Below are positions 58,119 to 64,000 of a stretch of DNA of 64,000 bases, piece by piece; the first letter of the stretch is position 1; every line of letters starts with the position of its first letter. The DNA is taken from the NCBI GenBank assembly GCA_963762015.1, contig CAVXJL010000018.1, forward strand, positions 14,996 to 78,995, given 5' to 3'. Origin of the DNA: an uncultured Actinomycetota bacterium. Lineage in GTDB: Bacteria > Actinomycetota > UBA4738 > HRBIN12. A program made the position numbers and the translations under genes. Below the pieces are notes generated by a model that saw only the letters and a list, made by a program, of their open reading frames with translations, was not told the DNA's origin and searched no databases.

Positions 58119-58725
58119 GGGGGAGCGGATCGCGGTGCTCGTTTCCGGTTCCGGGACGAACCTGCAGGCCCTCCTCGATCACCCCGTCTGCGGCTCCCGG
58201 ATCGCGCTCGTGCTCTCCGACCGTCCGAACGTGAAGGCGTTGGAACGGGCGGAATCCCATGGTGTCGAGTCCGCCGTGCTCCGGCCGGAGGACTTCGAGG
58301 GGCGGGAGCCCTTCGACCGGGCGGTGGTGGACCTCCTCCGCGATCGGGGGATCGACGTCGTCCTGACGGCCGGGTACATGCGACTGCTCGGTCTCCCGAT
58401 GCTCGAAGCGTATGGCGGCCGCTGGCTGAACGTGCACCCGTCGCTCCTTCCCGCGTTCCCGGGCATGCACGGCGTAGCCGACGCGCTCGCGTACGGCGTC
58501 AAGGTGACGGGCGTGACCGTCTTCCTCGTCGACGACGGGATGGACACCGGGCCGGTGGTTCTGCAGGAGCCCATCGAGGTTCGTGAGGACGACGACTGGG
58601 ATTCGCTGGAGGCTCGCGTCCACGAGGTCGAGCACCGCCTGCTCCCGGCCGCCGCCGCCGCCCTCGTCGAGGGACGGATCCGCGTCGACGGTCGCAAGGT
58701 GACGATCGACGGGGGACCGTCGTGA
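58117..58725 (+). CDS. purN: phosphoribosylglycinamide formyltransferase
   Basis: 202 aa. IAVLVSGSGTNLQALLD, LNVHPSLLPAFPG, DDGMDTGPVV. Confidence 0.9.
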   Translation: MGERIAVLVSGSGTNLQALLDHPVCGSRIALVLSDRPNVKALERAESHGVESAVLRPEDFEGREPFDRAVVDLLRDRGIDVVLTAGYMRLLGLPMLEAYGGRWLNVHPSLLPAFPGMHGVADALAYGVKVTGVTVFLVDDGMDTGPVVLQEPIEVREDDDWDSLEARVHEVEHRLLPAAAAALVEGRIRVDGRKVTIDGGPS

Positions 58726-60269
58726 CGGACGTCCGCGAGGTACGTCGAGCCCTGCTCGCCGTCTACGACAAGGTCGGGGTGGCCGAGCTTGCTCGTGGAC
58801 TCGCCGAGATGGGTGTCTCGCTCGTGTCCTCGGGCGGGACCGCCGCCACCCTGCGCGAGGCCGGGCTGGAGGTCACTGCGGTCGAGGAAGTCACGGGCTT
58901 CCCCGAGATGCTCGACGGACGCGTGAAGACGCTGCACCCGCGGATCCACGGAGGCTTGCTGGCCGACAAGCGCAAGCCGGAGCACCTGGAGCAACTCGCG
59001 GAGCACGAGATCGAGCCGTTCGACCTCGTGGTCGTCAACCTGTATCCGTTCCGGGAGACGGTCGCGTCCGGCGCCGCGGTGGACGAGGTGATCGAGAAGA
59101 TCGACATCGGCGGACCCGCGATGATCCGCGCCGCGGCGAAGAACTTCGAGTCCGTGGGCGTCGTGGTGGATCCGTCGGGATACGCCGGGGTTCTGGACGA
59201 GGTTCGCAGCCACGGTGGGCTCTCCCGCGCGACGCGCGAGCGTCTCGCCGCGGCCGCCTTCGCCCACACGGCCGCGTACGACGCCGCGATCGCCGGCTGG
59301 TTCGCCGAGCGGGCGGCGACGGAAGCGTTGCCCGCGTTCGTCGCTCTCGCGTTGGAGAAGGTCGGCGACCTCCGCTACGGGGAGAACCCGCACCAGCGCG
59401 GCGCCTTGTACCGAGATGCGGGCAGCGCTTCCACCGGGCCGCTCGGAAGCGCCCGTGTCCTTCAGGGCAAGGACATGTCGTTCAACAACTGGCTCGATGC
59501 GGACGCGGCGTATTCGCTCGTGGCCGCGCTCCCGCCTCGGGCCTGTGTCATCGTGAAGCACAACAACCCGTGCGGCGTGGCCGTCGCCGCCCAGCTGGAC
59601 GAGGCGTACCGGCGAGCGTTCGAGTGCGACTCGGTCTCGGCCTTCGGCGGCATCGTCGCGTTCGACGCGCCGTGCACCGGGGCCGCCGCCGAGGCGATGC
59701 GCGACGTCTTCACGGAGGTCGTGATCGCGCCGGGCTACGAGCCGGAGGCTCTCGCGGCGTTCGGTGAGCGACAGAACCTGCGGGTACTCGAAGCGCCGCT
59801 CCCGGAAGCGGGCGGCCTGGATGTGCGGACGATGCCGGGAGGGGCGCTCGTGCAGGATCGCGATGTCGTGACCGAGCGTCGCGAGGACTTCGAGGTCGTC
59901 TCCTCCCGAGAGCCGACCGAGGACGAATGGCGCGACCTCTTGCTTGCCTGGACCATCGCCTGGCGCGTGAAGTCGAACACCATCGTGCTGGTCCGCGACG
60001 GCGCGACCGTGGGGATCGGCGCCGGGCAGATGTCACGGGTGGACTCCTCCTGGATCGCGACCCGGAAAGCAGGCGACCGCGCGAAAGGGGCGTCGCTCGC
60101 CTCGGACGCCTTCTTCCCGTTCCCCGACGCGCTCGAGGTCGCGGCCGACGCGGGCGCCACCGCGGTGATCCATCCGGGTGGCTCCAAGGGCGACGAGGCG
60201 GTGCTCGGCGCGGCCGAGGAACGTGGCATGGCCGTCGTGCTCACGGGCCGCCGACACTTCCGGCACTGA
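58722..60269 (+). CDS. purH: bifunctional AICAR formyltransferase / IMP cyclohydrolase
   Basis: 515 aa. RALLAVYDKVG...SSGGTA...GRVKTLHPRIHGG...IIVKHNNPCG...AVIHPGGS...RHFRH. Confidence 0.95.
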   Translation: MTDVREVRRALLAVYDKVGVAELARGLAEMGVSLVSSGGTAATLREAGLEVTAVEEVTGFPEMLDGRVKTLHPRIHGGLLADKRKPEHLEQLAEHEIEPFDLVVVNLYPFRETVASGAAVDEVIEKIDIGGPAMIRAAAKNFESVGVVVDPSGYAGVLDEVRSHGGLSRATRERLAAAAFAHTAAYDAAIAGWFAERAATEALPAFVALALEKVGDLRYGENPHQRGALYRDAGSASTGPLGSARVLQGKDMSFNNWLDADAAYSLVAALPPRACVIVKHNNPCGVAVAAQLDEAYRRAFECDSVSAFGGIVAFDAPCTGAAAEAMRDVFTEVVIAPGYEPEALAAFGERQNLRVLEAPLPEAGGLDVRTMPGGALVQDRDVVTERREDFEVVSSREPTEDEWRDLLLAWTIAWRVKSNTIVLVRDGATVGIGAGQMSRVDSSWIATRKAGDRAKGASLASDAFFPFPDALEVAADAGATAVIHPGGSKGDEAVLGAAEERGMAVVLTGRRHFRH

Positions 60270-60311
60270 GCCCCCCGCGAGCACGGGAGGCAGCCGATAG
60301 CATCCCGGGCC

Positions 60312-61178
60312 GTGACCGCCCGCATCCTCGATGGCAGAGCCGTCGCCGCGCAGATCCGCTCGGAGGTGTCCGAACGGGTACGAGCGCTCGCCGACCACGG
60401 GATCACGCCGGGCCTGGCCGCCGTCCTCGTGGGCGACGACCAGGCCTCTCGAATCTATGTCGGCGCCAAGCACAAGGCCTGCGCGGACGTGGGCATCCAC
60501 TCGGAGCAGGTGAACCTGCCCGGCTACGTGAGCCCGGGCGAGATGCTCGCCACGATCCGCCGCCTCAATCGCGATCCGGAGATCCACGGCATCATCGTGC
60601 AGCTCCCCTTACCCGCGCACCTGAACGAGCTGGAGGTGCAGCGCACGATGGCACCCGAGAAAGACGTCGACGGCCTCCATCCCTGGAACGTCGGGATGGT
60701 CGTGCGGGGCGAGGCCACGTTCCAGCCGGCGACCCCGTACGGGATCGTGGAGCTGCTGTTGCGGAGCGATATCTCCCTCGAAGGTGCCGAGGTCGTCGTC
60801 GTGGGCTACGGCGACCTGGTCGGCGCGCCGCTCTCGATCATGCTGGCGCAGGACTCGATCCGAGGGAACGCCACCGTGACGATCACGCACGTGAAGACGG
60901 CGGACCTCGGGACCCACACCCGCCGCGCGGACATCCTGGTCGCGGCGGCCGGGGTCCCGAAGCTCATCACCGGCGACATGATCAAGCCCGGCGGCACGGT
61001 GATCGACGTGGGGGTCCACCGGACCGAGGACGGGCTCGTCGGCGACATCCACTTCGACGAGGCCGTCGAGGTGGCCGGAGCCATCACACCGGTGCCCGGT
61101 GGCGTCGGACCGATGACCGTCGCGATGCTCCTCGTGAACACGGTGACCGCGGCCGAGACACAGGCGTACGGAGGATGA
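60312..61178 (+). CDS. folD: bifunctional methylenetetrahydrofolate dehydrogenase / methenyl-THF cyclohydrolase
   Basis: 288 aa. ILDGRAVAAQIR, PGLAAVLVGDDQASRIYV, GIIVQLPLP, VTPVPGGVGPMTVAML. Confidence 0.9.
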   Translation: MTARILDGRAVAAQIRSEVSERVRALADHGITPGLAAVLVGDDQASRIYVGAKHKACADVGIHSEQVNLPGYVSPGEMLATIRRLNRDPEIHGIIVQLPLPAHLNELEVQRTMAPEKDVDGLHPWNVGMVVRGEATFQPATPYGIVELLLRSDISLEGAEVVVVGYGDLVGAPLSIMLAQDSIRGNATVTITHVKTADLGTHTRRADILVAAAGVPKLITGDMIKPGGTVIDVGVHRTEDGLVGDIHFDEAVEVAGAITPVPGGVGPMTVAMLLVNTVTAAETQAYGG

Positions 61179-62092
61179 GCCTGAAGGGAGGTCGCCTCGC
61201 CGCGCTCCTGGACGCCGGCGAGTTCGTCGTCACCAGCGAGGTCGTGCCTCCGCGCTCGGGTGACGGCTCGAAGATCCGCGACGCGGCTCGAGGTCTCGTC
61301 GGGTACGTGGACGCCGTCAACGTCACCGACAACCCCTCGGCGTCGCCCCACATGTCCCCGCTCGCCGGCGCCCGCTTCGTGCACGAAGCGGGCGCCGAGC
61401 CCACGCTCCAGCTCGTGTGCCGCGATCGCAACCGCCTGGCGATCACCGCGGACCTCTTGGGGGGGTGGGCGCTCGGCGCGCGGAACATCCTGGTGCTGGG
61501 TGGCGACCCGATGGACGTCGGGGACCATCCGGACGCCAAGTCGGTGTTCGACCTGGGACCCAACCAGGTCGTCGAGCTCGCGCGGCGGATCCGCGACGAG
61601 GGCATCACCGGCGCGGGCGCCGAGATCGCGGATCCGCCGCGGTATCTGATCGGCGTCGCCGACGTGCCGCTGTCCGATCCCTACGATCCGGCGAAGCTCG
61701 AAGCGAAGCTCGATGCGGGTGGCGACGTCGTGTGGACGCAGATCGTGTACGACGTCGACCGGCTGGGAGAGTGGGCGGATCTCGTCCGGCCACGGGGGAT
61801 CTTCGAACGCGCGAACGTGCTGGTCGGCCTCGTGCCGCTGCGGAGCCTCAAGAACGCTCGCTTCATGGACGGGCTGTTCGGCGTCCACGTCCCGCACATC
61901 GCCTTCGAGCTGTTGGAGACCGCCGGGACCGAAGCGGAACGAGCCGGTGTCGAGTTCACGATCGACGTGGCGCAACGGATCCGCCGGATCGACGGGATCT
62001 CGGGGCTCCACCTCATGGGCATCGGTCGAGACGATCTCGTCCGAGCGGTCGTGGAGGATGCCGGCCTGTTCCCTCGCCCGACGCCGGTCTGA
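61175..62092 (+). CDS. metF: methylenetetrahydrofolate reductase (MetF family)
   Basis: Track ORF 59927..62092 trimmed to ATG 61175 (ATGA overlap with folD). VTSEVVPP...VDAVNVTDNPSASPHMS...LQLVCRDRNR...NILVLGGD resembles the MTHFR family. Confidence 0.75.
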   Translation: MSLKGGRLAALLDAGEFVVTSEVVPPRSGDGSKIRDAARGLVGYVDAVNVTDNPSASPHMSPLAGARFVHEAGAEPTLQLVCRDRNRLAITADLLGGWALGARNILVLGGDPMDVGDHPDAKSVFDLGPNQVVELARRIRDEGITGAGAEIADPPRYLIGVADVPLSDPYDPAKLEAKLDAGGDVVWTQIVYDVDRLGEWADLVRPRGIFERANVLVGLVPLRSLKNARFMDGLFGVHVPHIAFELLETAGTEAERAGVEFTIDVAQRIRRIDGISGLHLMGIGRDDLVRAVVEDAGLFPRPTPV

Positions 62093-62097
62093 CCGCG

Positions 62098-63216
62098 CTA
62101 GGAGCGCGCTTCGAGGGGCACCCACTTCTGATGCTTCGGGCCGACGTACCGCGACCCGGGCCGGATCACTTTGTTGTCCGCGTACTGCTCGCGCACGTGC
62201 GCCGTCCAGCCGGCCATGCGGGCAGCGGCGAACACCGGCGTCATCAGATCGGTCGGGATGCCGAGCACGTGGAACACGGCCGCGGCGTAGAAGTCCACGT
62301 TCGGGTACAGACCCTTCTGCTCGAACGTCGCCTTCTCGATGGCCTCCGCGATCTCGTGAAGATGGGTCTTGCCCGCGCGCTCGCATGCTTCCTTCGACAG
62401 GCGTTTCAGCACAGTGGCGCGAGGGTCGTAGGTCTTGTACACGGCATGTCCGAACCCGAAGATCTTCTCGTGCCGCTCGAGGCGGTCGCGCACGTACGCC
62501 TCCGCGTTCTCCGGCTTGCCGACCTCCTCGAAGCTCTTCATCGCCTCCTCGTTCGCCCCGCCGTGCAGTGGACCTTTGAGCGTGCCGATCGCTCCGGTGA
62601 TCGCAGAGAACATGTCGGCGAGCGTCGAGGCGACGATCCTCGCCGTGAAGGTGGAGGCGTTCATCGTGTGGTCGGCATACAGGACGAACATGATGTCGAG
62701 CACCCGAGCGTCTTCCGGATCCGGCTCGGTGCCGTGCAGCATCCACAGGAAGTCGGCGGCATGGGGAAGCGCCGGGTTCGGTGTCACCGCATCCATGCCG
62801 GTCCGCAGTCGGTGATACGTCGTGATGAGGGACGCCGTCTTCGCGACCAGGCGGAGCGCCTTCCGCGCTTGCGCTTCGGCCGACTCGTCCCACCCGTCGG
62901 GGTCGAACGCCGAGGCGGCCGAAACCGAGGTGCGGAGCATGGACATCGGGGAGGTCTGCTCGGCCAGGGTCCTCATCAGTTGCACCTGGAACGGATGGAG
63001 ATCCCGTTCGTTCGCGAGGAACGCGGCCACCCCCTCGAGCTCCGGTGCGGTGGGGAGCTCCAGGTGATGGAGGAGGTAGACGACCTCCTCGAACGTGGAG
63101 TGTTCGGCCAGGTCCTGGATCTCGTAGCCGACGTAGGAGAGCGTGCCCTTCTCGCCGTCGATGTCGGAGAGCTTGGTGTCGGCTGCGATGACCTCTCGGA
63201 GCCCCTTGTCGGCCAC
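62098..63216 (-). CDS. gltA: citrate synthase (type I, about 370 aa)
   Basis: 372 aa. LSYVGYEIQDLA, LYADHTMNASTF, GPLHGGANE, FGFGHAVYK (catalytic His residues). Confidence 0.9.
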   Translation of the reverse strand: MADKGLREVIAADTKLSDIDGEKGTLSYVGYEIQDLAEHSTFEEVVYLLHHLELPTAPELEGVAAFLANERDLHPFQVQLMRTLAEQTSPMSMLRTSVSAASAFDPDGWDESAEAQARKALRLVAKTASLITTYHRLRTGMDAVTPNPALPHAADFLWMLHGTEPDPEDARVLDIMFVLYADHTMNASTFTARIVASTLADMFSAITGAIGTLKGPLHGGANEEAMKSFEEVGKPENAEAYVRDRLERHEKIFGFGHAVYKTYDPRATVLKRLSKEACERAGKTHLHEIAEAIEKATFEQKGLYPNVDFYAAAVFHVLGIPTDLMTPVFAAARMAGWTAHVREQYADNKVIRPGSRYVGPKHQKWVPLEARS

Positions 63217-63342
63217 GATCCTCCGTTCTCCGCAGACCCCTTCGGACGGGCCCCTGCGAGACTGCCAGGATAGTCGGCGCCCCGTTCCGCTGACCCCGAC
63301 GCCCGGTCACACGCCGAGGCGAGACGACGAAAGAGGCATCTG

Positions 63343-64000
63343 TTGACCCATCACGTCACGTTGATCCCGGGAGACGGGATCGGACCGGAGGTCGTGGAAG
63401 CCGCGCGCAGGGTCGTCGACGCCACCGGGGTCGAGGTGCGATGGGACGTCGAGGAGATCGGCCTCCGGGCGTTCGAGCGGACGGGCGAGGTGCTGCCCGA
63501 TCGGGCCGTCTCCTCCATCCGGGAGAACGGCGTCGGATTGAAGGGACCGATCGAGACTCCCGAGGGAGCCGGGATCCGCAGCGCGAACCTCGTGTTGAGG
63601 AAGGAGCTGGACCTGTACGCGAACGTGCGCCCGTGCACGTGGTATCCGGGCGTCCCCTCGTTGTACGAGAACGTCAACCTCCTGGTGGTTCGGGAGAACA
63701 CCGAGGACGTCTATACGGGGATCGAGTTCGAGGTGGGGACCGTCGAGGTGAAGGAGCTGATCGCCTTCATCCACGAGACGACCGGCATCCGCATCCGGCA
63801 GGACAGTGGGATATCGGTCAAAGCAATCTCCTGGGCGGGGAGCGAACGGATCGTGCGGTACGCGTTCGACGAGACCAGACGCCGCGGTCGGGCGAAGGTC
63901 ACGGCCGTACACAAGGCGAACATCATGAAGTTCTCCGACGGGCTCTTCCTCGACGTCGCGAGGCGGGTCGCTGCGCAGTATCCGGACGTCGTCTTCGACG
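63343..64000 (+). CDS. icd: isocitrate/isopropylmalate dehydrogenase family protein, likely isocitrate dehydrogenase (3' end outside window)
   Basis: Not in the track because there is no stop in the window. TTG 63343 after GAAAGAGG. TLIPGDGIGPEV, LKGPIETP, LRKELDLYANVRP, VVRENTEDVYTGIE. Divergent from citrate synthase. Confidence 0.75.
   Translation, partial: MTHHVTLIPGDGIGPEVVEAARRVVDATGVEVRWDVEEIGLRAFERTGEVLPDRAVSSIRENGVGLKGPIETPEGAGIRSANLVLRKELDLYANVRPCTWYPGVPSLYENVNLLVVRENTEDVYTGIEFEVGTVEVKELIAFIHETTGIRIRQDSGISVKAISWAGSERIVRYAFDETRRRGRAKVTAVHKANIMKFSDGLFLDVARRVAAQYPDVVFD

Noticed and set aside
58116-58119. Divergent start codons of purN and the B-box membrane gene overlapping in CATG
   Set aside because: Two divergent genes sharing start-codon bases leaves no promoter space. 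Most likely the minus-strand gene starts at an internal codon. I do not treat this as a biological feature.
60806-63310. 834-aa minus-strand ORF
   Set aside because: It overlaps folD and metF antisense and citrate synthase out of frame. All three of those have unambiguous signatures, and this ORF has none.

Overview
Very GC-rich, gene-dense chromosomal segment with about 60 protein genes. I recognised no rRNA, tRNA, CRISPR array or transposase. Several features point to an actinobacterium: a GroEL ending in GHGHMH, a class-E-type sortase, and sucCD / perM-like / purNH synteny as in Mycobacterium. All function calls come from reading motifs in the translations by eye; no database or HMM search was run.

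Layout:
- 0-8.4 kb: housekeeping genes (acpS, nnr, alr, a family-4 UDG, tsaE-tsaB-rimI-tsaD, a GalE-like epimerase).
- 8.5-15.5 kb: a complete but unusually organised lasso-peptide (RiPP) cluster. Its 53-codon precursor is absent from the supplied ORF track. It carries an HPr-kinase-like enzyme, an NTP_transf_5 nucleotidyltransferase and nearby sulfotransferases, and the precursor ends in Ser.
- 15.5-34.7 kb: a Wzx/Wzy-type exopolysaccharide locus. It has three sulfotransferases, a Wzz-like protein with a long E/K/A tandem-repeat tail, three tandem secreted PPC+NHL-propeller paralogues, two GT4 glycosyltransferases and a Wzy/O-antigen-ligase-like gene.
- 35-45.5 kb: CIRCE-controlled groES-groEL, a lipoprotein, an amino-acid dehydrogenase, an AlkP-family gene coupled to cysC, and guaB3-guaA.
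- 45.6-50.1 kb: a Ser/Thr kinase, a sortase and pcrA, which all carry frameshifts clustered within about 2.3 kb.
- 50-64 kb: central metabolism (B12-binding domain, sucCD, purNH, folD-metF, citrate synthase, partial isocitrate dehydrogenase), interrupted by a few uncharacterised membrane and zinc-ribbon genes.

Many long ORFs in the track are antisense or out-of-frame artefacts typical of high-GC DNA and were rejected.
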